A DNA stretch of 64,000 nt from Phenylobacterium sp. (GTDB lineage Bacteria; Pseudomonadota; Alphaproteobacteria; Caulobacterales; Caulobacteraceae): assembly GCF_030698145.1 (NCBI RefSeq), contig NZ_JAUYNW010000047.1:15618-79617 (forward strand), written 5' to 3'. A program made the position numbers and the translations under genes. The notes beneath the pieces are model-generated. The model did no database searches, had not been told where the DNA came from, and saw nothing but the letters and a program-made list of their open reading frames with translations. Positions 1 to 8,958 of this stretch are shown one piece after another; position 1 is the first letter of the stretch; the number at the start of each line of letters is the position of its first letter.

Positions 1-356
1 CGCCGGAGTCGGTGGCCTTCTGGCGTCTGCCCGCCGCGATCCGCATGACCGAACAGGCGGGTTTCTCGGCTGGCGGCTACCGGCTGCGCCACCAGCAGCT
101 GCTGGCCACGCCGGTGCTGTTCGCCGCCATGTCGATCCTGGCGGCGGCGTTTTCCCTTCGCCTGGCCCGTCTTGGAGGCCTTGCAGGGCTGGCGGGCGCG
201 GGCGTCGGCCTTGGTTTCGTCGTCTTCTTCTTCAACGAGTTCTCAGGGGCCCTGGCTGACGCCGACATCATTCCGCTGTTCGCGGCGGCCTGGGCGCCGC
301 CGGTTGTGGCCCTGCTGTCGGGCCTCGCCCTGCTCTGCTACACCGAAGACGGTTGA
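1..356 (+). CDS. lptG: LPS export ABC transporter permease LptG, C-terminal part (5' end outside window)
   Basis: Frame is open from the window edge (PESVAFWRLP...). Three hydrophobic helices end in AAAWAPPVVALLSGLALLCYTEDG, typical of LptF/G C-termini. Lies directly upstream of lptD. Confidence 0.85.
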   Translation, partial: PESVAFWRLPAAIRMTEQAGFSAGGYRLRHQQLLATPVLFAAMSILAAAFSLRLARLGGLAGLAGAGVGLGFVVFFFNEFSGALADADIIPLFAAAWAPPVVALLSGLALLCYTEDG

Positions 357-415
357 ATCGTCGGCGTTCCCGGCTATGCATCCGGTCACACCGCGTTGAG
401 GGGATCCTTGGCTTC

Positions 416-2710
416 ATGAGTTTGCGCAGGCGTTCAGCCTCGGCCAAGCGCGGCCTGCTCGCGGGCGTGGCGCTTCTGGTGCTGTCGGCGGCGCACGCCC
501 ACGCCCAGGCGCCGAAGACCGGCCCCGCGCCGGACGGCCTAGCCGAGGGTCAGCTGTACATGGAAGCCGACCTCGTCGTCCGCGACGACAAGAACAAGGT
601 CACGACCGCCAAGGGCGATATCGAGGTCCGCTACCAGGGCCGCACCCTGCGCGCCCAGGAGTTGGTCTATGACGAGACCAAGGGTGTCATGCGCGCCCGC
701 GGTCAGACCTCCATTCTCAACGCCGACGGCTCGGTCGAGTACGCTGACGAGATCGTGCTGGACGACGCCATGAAGGCCGGCGTGGCCACCGGCTTCTCCG
801 CGCGCCTGCCGCAGAACGTCAAGATCGCCGCGGCCAGCGCCGTGCGCCGGTCCGACCGGGTCAGCGAACTGAACCGCGCGATCTACACCCCCTGCGACGT
901 CTGCGCCGAGGACGGGACCACGCCCAAGACGCCGACCTGGTCGATCAAGGCCGAGCGGGTGGTCCAGGATAAGGACCGCCAGCTCGTCTACTACCGCAAC
1001 GCCGTGATCCAGATCTTCGGCGTGCCGCTGGTCTATCTGCCGGTGTTCTGGCACCCCGATCCCCAGGCGGTTCGCAAGTCGGGCTTCCTGCCGCCGGAGG
1101 CCTCGGCCTCCGACCGCCGCGGCCTGTCGTACGAGCAACCGTATCTGCTGGTGCTCTCGCCACATTCAGATTTGACGCTAAGCCCTCAAATCAACACGAA
1201 AGTTAATCCATTCGTCAACGGTCAGTACCGCAAGCGGTTCTATTCCGGCGCCGTGGATGCGCGGTTCGGCTACACCTACGACGAGGACTTCGACGGCAAC
1301 GGCGACAAGTTCGGCGACGCCACCTCGCGCAGCTACGTCCTGGCCTCCGGCGCCTTCGCCATCAACGACAAGTGGCGTTGGGGCTTCACCGCCGAGCGCA
1401 CGTCCGACGACCTGCTGTTCGACAAGTACGAGATCGGCGGCGTCTACGAGAACCGCGGACCCTATGTGGCCGACGACCGACGGCTGATCTCGCAGGTCTA
1501 CGCCACCCGCGAGACCCGCAATTCCTACTTCTCCGCCGCCGCCTTCACGATCCAGGGGCTGCGGCCGGGCGACAACGAGCGGACGTTCCCGCTCGTAGGG
1601 CCGCTGATCGAGTCGCGCTGGGAGCCAGACTCGAAGATCGCCGGCGGTCGCCTGCGGTTCCGGGCCAGCGCCGTGGCGCTCACCCGCGAGCAGTCGCCGC
1701 TCAACGCCCCGCCCCTACGCCTGGACGGCCTCGACAGCCGCCGCGCCACCGGCGAGGTCGACTGGCGCGCGGTCTACACGACGAACGCCGGCCTGCGGAT
1801 CGCGCCCTATCTGGAGGCGCGGCTCGACGCCTACAGCCTGGACGACAACTTCATCGGCGTGGTCGGGGTGGGGCCGAGGTCCAAGACCCTGTCGCGGGGC
1901 CTGGCCGTCGCCGGCGCGGACATATCTTGGCCATTTATACGTCAATTCAAAGATTTCTCGGTCATTCTTGAACCGATCGCGCAGATCGCGTTGTCGCCCG
2001 AACTCAAGCAGGTCGAGCTGGGCCGCAACGCGCTTGGGGAGCCCGTCTATCTGAACGAGGACTCCATCGCCTTCGAGTTCGACGAGACCAACCTTTTCCG
2101 GGCCAACAAATTCCCCGGCTACGACCTCTACGAGGACGGCCTGCGCGCCAATGTCGGCGCCCGGGCTTCGGTGTTCTGGGACGACGGACGGCGCGCCAGC
2201 CTGCTGATCGGGCGTTCCCTGCGCACCGAACGCAACGAGGTGTTCGGCGCCCAGAGCGGGCTGCGGCCAAAAGCCTCGGACTGGATCGTTACGGCCAGCG
2301 CCGAGCCGTTGCCGGGCGTCAGCTTCTTCGGCCGCGCGCGCTTCGACGCCGACGACTTCACCGTCCAGCGCGCCGAGACCGGCGCCAACGTCAATTCAAA
2401 GTGGGGTTACGGCTATGTCCGCTACCTGCGCGACCGAGCCGACCCCAACGGGCGCAAGGTCGAGAACCTCGACCTGGGCGGCGAGATCTATCTGACCAAG
2501 ACTTGGGGCGTGACCGCCTACGGCAACCGTGACCTCGTGCAGAAGGCCTGGGTGATCCGCGACCTGGGCGTGGTCTACCGCGACGAATGCACCCGGCTCG
2601 ACTTCATCTATCGCAAGGAAGACACGATCATCGGCCGCCTGGGCCCGTCGGAGTCCTTCACCTTCCGCCTAACCCTCGCCACATTGGGCGAACCGTTATA
2701 TGGCAACTGA
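416..2710 (+). CDS. lptD: LPS assembly outer-membrane protein LptD
   Basis: Signal peptide, OstA-like N-domain (LYMEADLVVRD, YTPCDVC, WSIKAERV), RKSGFLPP hinge, C-terminal YRDECT. Sits in the lptG-lptD-surA-pdxA order. ATG 416 chosen within ORF 353..2710. Confidence 0.93.
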   Translation: MSLRRRSASAKRGLLAGVALLVLSAAHAHAQAPKTGPAPDGLAEGQLYMEADLVVRDDKNKVTTAKGDIEVRYQGRTLRAQELVYDETKGVMRARGQTSILNADGSVEYADEIVLDDAMKAGVATGFSARLPQNVKIAAASAVRRSDRVSELNRAIYTPCDVCAEDGTTPKTPTWSIKAERVVQDKDRQLVYYRNAVIQIFGVPLVYLPVFWHPDPQAVRKSGFLPPEASASDRRGLSYEQPYLLVLSPHSDLTLSPQINTKVNPFVNGQYRKRFYSGAVDARFGYTYDEDFDGNGDKFGDATSRSYVLASGAFAINDKWRWGFTAERTSDDLLFDKYEIGGVYENRGPYVADDRRLISQVYATRETRNSYFSAAAFTIQGLRPGDNERTFPLVGPLIESRWEPDSKIAGGRLRFRASAVALTREQSPLNAPPLRLDGLDSRRATGEVDWRAVYTTNAGLRIAPYLEARLDAYSLDDNFIGVVGVGPRSKTLSRGLAVAGADISWPFIRQFKDFSVILEPIAQIALSPELKQVELGRNALGEPVYLNEDSIAFEFDETNLFRANKFPGYDLYEDGLRANVGARASVFWDDGRRASLLIGRSLRTERNEVFGAQSGLRPKASDWIVTASAEPLPGVSFFGRARFDADDFTVQRAETGANVNSKWGYGYVRYLRDRADPNGRKVENLDLGGEIYLTKTWGVTAYGNRDLVQKAWVIRDLGVVYRDECTRLDFIYRKEDTIIGRLGPSESFTFRLTLATLGEPLYGN

Positions 2711-2765
2711 CAACCGCGGCCCCGGAGCCGCACGCTACGGCGCTACGCTAAGGAAGACCTCACCC

Positions 2766-4118
2766 ATGACCCCCGCGCGTAAAGTCACGGGCCTCGCGGC
2801 GCGCGGCGTCGCCTTGGCCGCCGCCTTGGCCGCGGCCGGAGCCCCGCCGATCGCCTGGGCCCAGACCCCCGCGCCCCCGGCCGCCGAGGCCCCCGCCGAC
2901 GCCCCGCCGGCCGCGCCGCAAGGCCTGAGCGAGTCCGTCGCCGCCGTCGTCAATGACGACATCATCTCGACCTATGACCTGGCCCAGCGGATGCGTCTGC
3001 TGATCGCCACCTCGGGCATCCAGCCGACCCAACAGAATATCGCGCAATTTCAACGCGAAGCGCTGGTTTCCTTAGTCGACGAACGCCTTCAGCTCCAGGA
3101 ACTCCGCCACCAGGAGAAGGAGCAGAAGATCGAGATCGTCGCCACCGACGAGGAGCTCAACGGCGAGATCGCCGACATGGCGAAGAACAACAACATGAAC
3201 GCTCAGCAGTTCGTGGCCTCGCTGGAGAACCAGGGTATCGGCGTCGCCACGCTGATGGAGCAGATCCGCGCTCAGACCAGCTGGCAGCGCTGGATCCGCG
3301 GGCGCTACGGCTCGCGCCTGCGCATCGGCGAAGACCAGGTCAAGGCGCAGCAGCAGCGCCTGGCGGCCTCGGCCTCCAAGCCCCAGTACCAGATCAGCGA
3401 GGTCTTCCTCGACGCCAACCGGGTCGGCGGCATGGAGACCGCTGTCACGGGCGCGACCCAGCTGATCACCCAAATGCAGCAAGGCGCGCCGTTCCAGGCC
3501 GTGGCGCGGCAGTTCTCGGCCTCGGCGACCGCCGCGGCCGGCGGCGACGCCGGCTGGATCTCGGCCGGAGAGATGGCGCCGGAGATCGACGCGGCTCTTG
3601 AGCAGATGCGCCCAGGCCAGCTGTCGCGGCCCATCCAGGTGCGCGACGGCGTCTACATCATCTATCTGCGCGACAAGCGTTCGGGCGCCGGCGCGTCCGT
3701 CGTCAACCTCAAGCAGGCCGCCGTGGCGCTGCCCCAGGACGCCTCGGCCACGCAGTTCGCGGCCGCCAGCGCCACCCTCATGACCCTGCGCAGCCAGGTG
3801 ACCGGCTGCGGCGACCTGGAGGCCAAGGCCGCCACGGTGAACGGCGTGGTGGCGGGCGATCTGGGCGAGGCCGAGATCAAGGACTTGGCGCCAGCCTTCC
3901 GCAGCGCGGCCGAGACCCTGCAACCTGGCCAGCTTTCCGACCCGATCCGCACTGCCGCAGGGCTCCACATCCTGGCGGTGTGCTCCAAACGCGCCAGCGG
4001 CGCGGAAAACCTGTCGGCCGAACAGATCGAAAATCGACTGTATGGCCAACAACTGAGTATGATCGCCCGTCGCTATATGCGCGACTTGAGAACATCGGCC
4101 ACGATCGAGACGCGGTGA
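2766..4118 (+). CDS. surA: Periplasmic chaperone / parvulin PPIase SurA
   Basis: Signal peptide, VAAVVNDDIISTYDL N-domain, parvulin-like ARQFS...GGDAGW, C-terminal RYMRDLRTSATIETR. Start could be 2700 instead. Confidence 0.88.
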   Translation: MTPARKVTGLAARGVALAAALAAAGAPPIAWAQTPAPPAAEAPADAPPAAPQGLSESVAAVVNDDIISTYDLAQRMRLLIATSGIQPTQQNIAQFQREALVSLVDERLQLQELRHQEKEQKIEIVATDEELNGEIADMAKNNNMNAQQFVASLENQGIGVATLMEQIRAQTSWQRWIRGRYGSRLRIGEDQVKAQQQRLAASASKPQYQISEVFLDANRVGGMETAVTGATQLITQMQQGAPFQAVARQFSASATAAAGGDAGWISAGEMAPEIDAALEQMRPGQLSRPIQVRDGVYIIYLRDKRSGAGASVVNLKQAAVALPQDASATQFAAASATLMTLRSQVTGCGDLEAKAATVNGVVAGDLGEAEIKDLAPAFRSAAETLQPGQLSDPIRTAAGLHILAVCSKRASGAENLSAEQIENRLYGQQLSMIARRYMRDLRTSATIETR

Positions 4119-5116
4119 AGAACGGACCCCTCGCGCTGACCTTGGGCGACCCCGCGGGGATCGGTCCGGAGATCATCGTCAAGGCCTGGAGCCAGCTCCG
4201 GGCCACGGGGCCCGAGTTCGTGGTCGTCGGCGACTTCCAATCCCTGGCCTCGGCGTCCGGCGCCACGGCCGTGCGGCGGGTCACCACGCCCAGCGAGGGC
4301 GGCCGTATCTTCGGCGAGGCCCTTCCCGTCATCGACCTGCCGTTGCGCAGCCCGGTGGTGGCGGGTCAACCCTCGTCCACCGCGGCGCGGGCGATCATCC
4401 AATGGATCGAGACCGGTGTCGGCCTTGCCCTTTCGGGCGCCGTGCGCGGTCTGGTCACCGCCCCCATCGCCAAGGCGCCGCTCTACGAGGCGGGCTTCCC
4501 CTTCCCCGGCCACACGGAATTCCTGGGCGAGCTGACCGCCAGCGAACGGTTCGACGGCGCGCGCGGGCCGATCATGATGCTGACGGTCGCCGGCCTGCGC
4601 ACCAGCCTGGTCACCGTGCATGAGCCTCTGGCCAAGGTCAGCGGCAAGCTGAGCATCGAGAAGATCGTCAACGCCGGCCTGGTGACCGCCCAGGCGCTGC
4701 GGGGCGACTTCGGGATCGCCGCGCCACGCATCGCGGTGGCCGCCTTCAATCCGCATGCCGGCGAGGACGGCGCCATCGGCCGCGAGGAGGTGGAATTTGT
4801 CGCCCCGGCGATCCGCTCCCTGCGCGAGCTGGGCGTCGACGCCGTGGGCCCGACCCCGGCCGACAGCCTGTTCCACGAGGCGGCGCGCAGCCGCTATGAC
4901 GCGGCCGTCTGCATGTATCACGACCAGGCCCTGATCCCGGTCAAGATGCTGGACTTCTGGGGCGGTGTGAACGTGACGCTCGGCCTACCCATCGTGCGCA
5001 CCTCGCCCGATCACGGCACCGCCTTCGACATCGCCGGCCGCGGCCAAGCCCGCCCCGACAGCCTCATCGCCGCCATCCGCCTGGCCAACGAGATCGCCAC
5101 GCGCAGGGCAGCCTAG
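4115..5116 (+). CDS. pdxA: 4-hydroxythreonine-4-phosphate dehydrogenase
   Basis: GDPAGIGPEI, VTAPIAK, FPGHTEFL, NPHAGE, MYHDQ and RTSPDHGTAFDIAG motifs. GTG start overlaps the surA TGA (GTGA). Confidence 0.96.
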   Translation: MKNGPLALTLGDPAGIGPEIIVKAWSQLRATGPEFVVVGDFQSLASASGATAVRRVTTPSEGGRIFGEALPVIDLPLRSPVVAGQPSSTAARAIIQWIETGVGLALSGAVRGLVTAPIAKAPLYEAGFPFPGHTEFLGELTASERFDGARGPIMMLTVAGLRTSLVTVHEPLAKVSGKLSIEKIVNAGLVTAQALRGDFGIAAPRIAVAAFNPHAGEDGAIGREEVEFVAPAIRSLRELGVDAVGPTPADSLFHEAARSRYDAAVCMYHDQALIPVKMLDFWGGVNVTLGLPIVRTSPDHGTAFDIAGRGQARPDSLIAAIRLANEIATRRAA

Positions 5117-5125
5117 GACCTTTCC

Positions 5126-6952
5126 ATGTTGAACCGTCGTGACGTCCTGGCCGCAGCTGTCGGCGTCCTGACCCTCGGCGCCGGAGCCGCCCACGCCAAG
5201 ACGGGCCCGGAGGCGGCCAAGGCGCGCGCGCTCTATGACGACATCTTTGAATCGATCCTGCGGGTTTCTCCGACCACCGCCTCCGGCCTTGGCTTCGACA
5301 CCGGCGCGCGGGCGGCGCTGAAGTCGCGGCTGGACGATCGCTCGCCAGCCGGACGAATGAGCGTCTTCCAACCGCTGATCGATGCACGGCCCAGGCTCGC
5401 GACCATCGACCGCAAGGCGCTCTCCGGCCGGGAGGCCAGCGAGTACGACACCGTTGCCTGGCTCGCCGACCGCGACGCCGAGGCCGTCGCCTTCCCGTAT
5501 GGCGGTGTCGATTCCTACGACTATCCGGTGCCCTACGTGGTCAGCCAACTGACCGGCGCCTATCAGAAGATCCCCGACTTCCTCGACTCCAAGCATGTCA
5601 TCGAGACCAGGGCCGACGCCGAGGCCTATCTCGCCCGCCTCATGGCCTTCGCCCAGAACATCCGCGACGAGACCGGCCGGGTCCGGGCCGACGCGGCCCG
5701 CGGCGTCGCGGCGCCCGACTTCGTGCTCGACAAGGCCCTGACCCAGCTGAAGTCCCTGGCCAGCCAGAAGGGCGAGGGCTCGGGCCTGGCGGCCTCACTG
5801 GGTCGCCGCGCCGCCGAGAAGGACCTGGGGACCGACTGGGCGGCCAAGGCCGCGCCCATCGTGGACGGCCCCCTGGCCGCCGCCCTTGCCGATCAGATCG
5901 CCCTGCTGAACGAGCAGCGCCGTACCGCCGTCCACGAGGCCGGGGTGAGCCGCCTACCCGACGGCGCGCACTACTATGATCTTGGCCTGCGCTACCACAC
6001 CACGACCAATCTCAGCCCGGCCGACGCGCACAGGGTGGGCCTGGCCCAGGTGGCCGAGCTGTCGGCCCGCGCCGATCTGCTATTGCGGGCTCAGGGGTTG
6101 ACCGCGGGCACGGTGGGGGCGCGGCTCACGGCGTTCGGCAAGGACCCGAGCCAACTCTATCCGAACACTGACGCCGGCCGCGCGAGCCTGCTCGCCGACT
6201 TGAACACCACCATGGAGACGGTCCGCGCCCGCGCGCCGAAGGTGTTCCGCACCCTGCCCAAGGCCGGAATGGAGATCCGCCGCGTGCCCCCGGCCATCGA
6301 GCTGGGGGCGCCGCGCGGCTACGCCGAGGGCGGCACATTGGACGGGTCACGGCCAGGCGCGTTCTACATCAACCTGCGCAACACCAGCGACTGGCCGAAA
6401 TGGTCCTTGCCGAGCCTGACCTATCACGAGAGCGTTCCCGGCCATCTGTTCCAGGGCGCGGTGCTGCTGGAGGCGCCGGGCGCGCCACTGCTGCTGAAGA
6501 CCATGGGTTTCACGGCCTACGGGGAGGGCTGGGGCCTCTACGCCGAACAGCTCGGCGACGAGCTTGGCCTCTATGACGCCTATCCGGCCGGCAAGATCGG
6601 CTACCTGCAGTCCTTCCTCTATCGCGCCGCGCGGATCGTGCTGGACACCGGGATGCATTCGCAGGGCTGGAGCCGCGAGAAGGCCGTCGCCTACATGATC
6701 GACACCGTCGGCCTGCCTGTGGGCGCGGCGGAAAACGAGATCGACCGCTATGTCGTCTGGCCGGGCCAAGCCTGCGGCTACAAGATCGGCCACACCGAGA
6801 TCGACCGGCTTCGGACCAAGGCGCGAACCGCCCTGGGCGCGAAGTTCGACATCGCCGCCTTCCATGACCTGGTGCTGCTGGGCGGCGCCATGCCGCTGGC
6901 GGTCCTGGAGCGGGTGGTGGACGATTGGACGCGCCAGCGCCTAGCCGCTTGA
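5126..6952 (+). CDS. DUF885 family protein (putative zinc metallopeptidase-like), Tat-exported
   Basis: Twin-arginine signal NRRDVL; HESVPGH, AYGEGWGLYAE, EIDRY..WPGQACGYKIG and FHDLVL motifs typical of DUF885. Confidence 0.85.
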   Translation: MLNRRDVLAAAVGVLTLGAGAAHAKTGPEAAKARALYDDIFESILRVSPTTASGLGFDTGARAALKSRLDDRSPAGRMSVFQPLIDARPRLATIDRKALSGREASEYDTVAWLADRDAEAVAFPYGGVDSYDYPVPYVVSQLTGAYQKIPDFLDSKHVIETRADAEAYLARLMAFAQNIRDETGRVRADAARGVAAPDFVLDKALTQLKSLASQKGEGSGLAASLGRRAAEKDLGTDWAAKAAPIVDGPLAAALADQIALLNEQRRTAVHEAGVSRLPDGAHYYDLGLRYHTTTNLSPADAHRVGLAQVAELSARADLLLRAQGLTAGTVGARLTAFGKDPSQLYPNTDAGRASLLADLNTTMETVRARAPKVFRTLPKAGMEIRRVPPAIELGAPRGYAEGGTLDGSRPGAFYINLRNTSDWPKWSLPSLTYHESVPGHLFQGAVLLEAPGAPLLLKTMGFTAYGEGWGLYAEQLGDELGLYDAYPAGKIGYLQSFLYRAARIVLDTGMHSQGWSREKAVAYMIDTVGLPVGAAENEIDRYVVWPGQACGYKIGHTEIDRLRTKARTALGAKFDIAAFHDLVLLGGAMPLAVLERVVDDWTRQRLAA

Positions 6953-7019
6953 TCTGCATCGCCGGCGCATCCATTGATCAAACGCGGCGTTGCTTTTGCA
7001 TGCCCTTGGAAACCCACAC

Positions 7020-7304
7020 ATGACACGCAGCCCCCCGTGGCTCTCGCTATCACTCTCCGCCTGGCAGATGGGCCTGGAAGCCCAGCAGGTCATCGCCCTG
7101 CGGCTGACCAAGGTCGCCTTCGGCGGCGAGGCGGCGGTCAAGGAGACCGCACTGATGATCTCGGAGAAGACCGAGGCCATGCTGGCGCTGCAGTCGGACA
7201 TGGCGCTCGCCCTGATGTCGGGCACCGGCCACCTGGCGCCGGCCCGCGCCGTCACCCACTACCGCCGAAAGATCCGCGCCAACCGCCGCCGGCTGACCCG
7301 CTAG
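7020..7304 (+). CDS. Small conserved hypothetical protein, helical, basic C-terminus
   Basis: Host-like codon usage from ATG 7020; EAQQVIALR...MISEK...YRRKIRANRRRL pattern. Confidence 0.7.
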   Translation: MTRSPPWLSLSLSAWQMGLEAQQVIALRLTKVAFGGEAAVKETALMISEKTEAMLALQSDMALALMSGTGHLAPARAVTHYRRKIRANRRRLTR

Positions 7305-7380
7305 ATCTAAACAACTCCTGCTGGGAACCCGTCCCGGCCCGTGGCAGGCTCCTCATACGCGGATATGCGATGGGGCTTGC

Positions 7381-8136
7381 ATGGTTGCGACGACGATGGG
7401 CGCCGAGCGCGCCGAGACCCGCTGGTTCTATGTGGGCATGGCGATGGTGTTCGTCGTCATCGCCTTCGGCGGCTTCATCCCGACCTATTGGTCCAAGGTG
7501 GCCACGGGCACGTTCGGCGGCGCGCCGATCCTGCACATCCACGGGACGATCTTCTTCACCTGGACGTTGTTCTACCTGGCGCAGACCTCGCTGATCGCGC
7601 TCGGGCGGACCCCCGATCACCGCAACTGGGGCCTGGCCGGGATATCGCTCGCCACGGCCATGAGCTTCACGGTGGTGCTGGCGGCGATCAACTCGATCAA
7701 GGTCGCCGAGACCATCGGCATGGGCGACCAGGCGCGGCAGTTCTCGATCGTCTCGCTGTCGGCGGTGGTGCTGTTCGCCGGACTGTTCGGGACGGCCATC
7801 GCTTATAATCGGCGGGCCGACGTGCATAAGCGACTCATGCTGCTGGCCATGATCCCGCTGATGCAGGCAGCGAGCGCGCGGGTGTTCATGGTCCTGCTGG
7901 CGCCGCCGGGCGCGGTCGGCCCGCCGCCGGTGCAGGTCACCATCCCGCCGAGCATTTTCGTCAACCTGCTGGTGATCGCAGCCATGGTCTACGACTGGCG
8001 CACGCGCGGGCGGCCGCACCCGGTCTATGTCTGGGGCGGCGGCGCAGTGCTCCTGCAGGAGATCGTGCCCCTGGCCTTCGCCGGCACCGCCGGCTGGATG
8101 GCGATCGCGACTTGGGTGGAATCCCTGGCCGGCTGA
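7381..8136 (+). CDS. Hypothetical multi-pass membrane protein with His residues at helix ends
   Basis: About 7 hydrophobic segments; LHIHG, DHRNWG, HKRLM and HPVY motifs. Confidence 0.75.
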   Translation: MVATTMGAERAETRWFYVGMAMVFVVIAFGGFIPTYWSKVATGTFGGAPILHIHGTIFFTWTLFYLAQTSLIALGRTPDHRNWGLAGISLATAMSFTVVLAAINSIKVAETIGMGDQARQFSIVSLSAVVLFAGLFGTAIAYNRRADVHKRLMLLAMIPLMQAASARVFMVLLAPPGAVGPPPVQVTIPPSIFVNLLVIAAMVYDWRTRGRPHPVYVWGGGAVLLQEIVPLAFAGTAGWMAIATWVESLAG

Positions 8137-8138
8137 AC

Positions 8139-8163
8139 CGAACCGCGCCAAGCCCTTCGCGTT
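8139..8163 (+). promoter_or_regulatory. Candidate sigma-T/EcfG (general stress) promoter
   Basis: CGAAC-N16-CGTT, one mismatch to GGAAC-N16/17-CGTT, about 50 bp upstream of the Gre-like gene. Confidence 0.45.
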
Positions 8164-8215
8164 CCCATATGATGGCGGACAGGCGCGAGACCTGGGACAT
8201 GGAACGGACATTCCG

Positions 8216-8695
8216 ATGAGCGTCGCCTTCACCAAGGAAGGCGATCATGAGGCGGCCGCGGCGGACCTGCCCGACCGCCCGATCTCGCACCACCCGAACC
8301 TGGTCACCGCCATGGGCCTGGCCGCGCTGGAAAAGGCGCTGGCCGCCGCGCGTGCCGCCTATTCCGCCGCCCAGGCGGTCGGCGAGGTCCAGGCCGACCG
8401 CACCGCCATGGCGCGGGCCACTCGCGACCTGCGCTACTATTCCGCCCGCCGCGGCAACGCCCAGCTCGTCGAGCCCGACCCGGAAGCGACCACCGTCCAG
8501 TTTGGCCGCAGGGTGACCTTCGAGCGCGAGGACGGCCGCCGTCAGACCTTCGCCATCGTCGGCGAGGACGAGGCCGATCCCGCCAAGGGTTCGGTCTCCT
8601 ACATCTCGCCGCTGGCCCAGGCCGTCTTGGGCAAGTCGGTGGGCGACACCGCCATGGTCGCCGGCGCCGAGGTCGAAGTGGTGGAGGTCGGCTAG
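8216..8695 (+). CDS. GreA/GreB family protein, atypical N-terminus
   Basis: C-terminal VQFGRRVTF...FAIVGEDEADPAKGSVSYISPLAQAVLGKSVGD is the Gre C-domain. Start at MSVAFTKE. Confidence 0.85.
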   Translation: MSVAFTKEGDHEAAAADLPDRPISHHPNLVTAMGLAALEKALAAARAAYSAAQAVGEVQADRTAMARATRDLRYYSARRGNAQLVEPDPEATTVQFGRRVTFEREDGRRQTFAIVGEDEADPAKGSVSYISPLAQAVLGKSVGDTAMVAGAEVEVVEVG

Positions 8696-8958
8696 GACCG
8701 GTCTTCGGCCGCGCGGAGCACGAAGGCCAGGATCTCCGCCACCGCCACATAGAGCCGTTCGGGGATCTCGGCGTCCAATTCGATGGTGGAAAGCGCCTGG
8801 GCGAGGGGCGCATTGCGCTCGAGGGGCACGCCGTGCGCTTCGGCCGCCTCGACGATCCGCTGGCCGACCAGGCCGCGCCCCGTGGCGACCACAGTCGGCG
8901 CACCCTGCCCCTCGTATTTCAGGGCGACCGCCAGCCTGTCCTTCAGGGGCTGGTTCAC
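8692..8958 (-). CDS. FlhB/EscU cytoplasmic-domain-only protein (FlhX-like)
   Basis: AVALKYE...APTVVATGRG...A..HGVP...PLAQAL...EIPERLYVAVAEILAFV. GTG start overlaps the fliK stop. Confidence 0.88.
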   Translation of the reverse strand: MNQPLKDRLAVALKYEGQGAPTVVATGRGLVGQRIVEAAEAHGVPLERNAPLAQALSTIELDAEIPERLYVAVAEILAFVLRAAEDRS

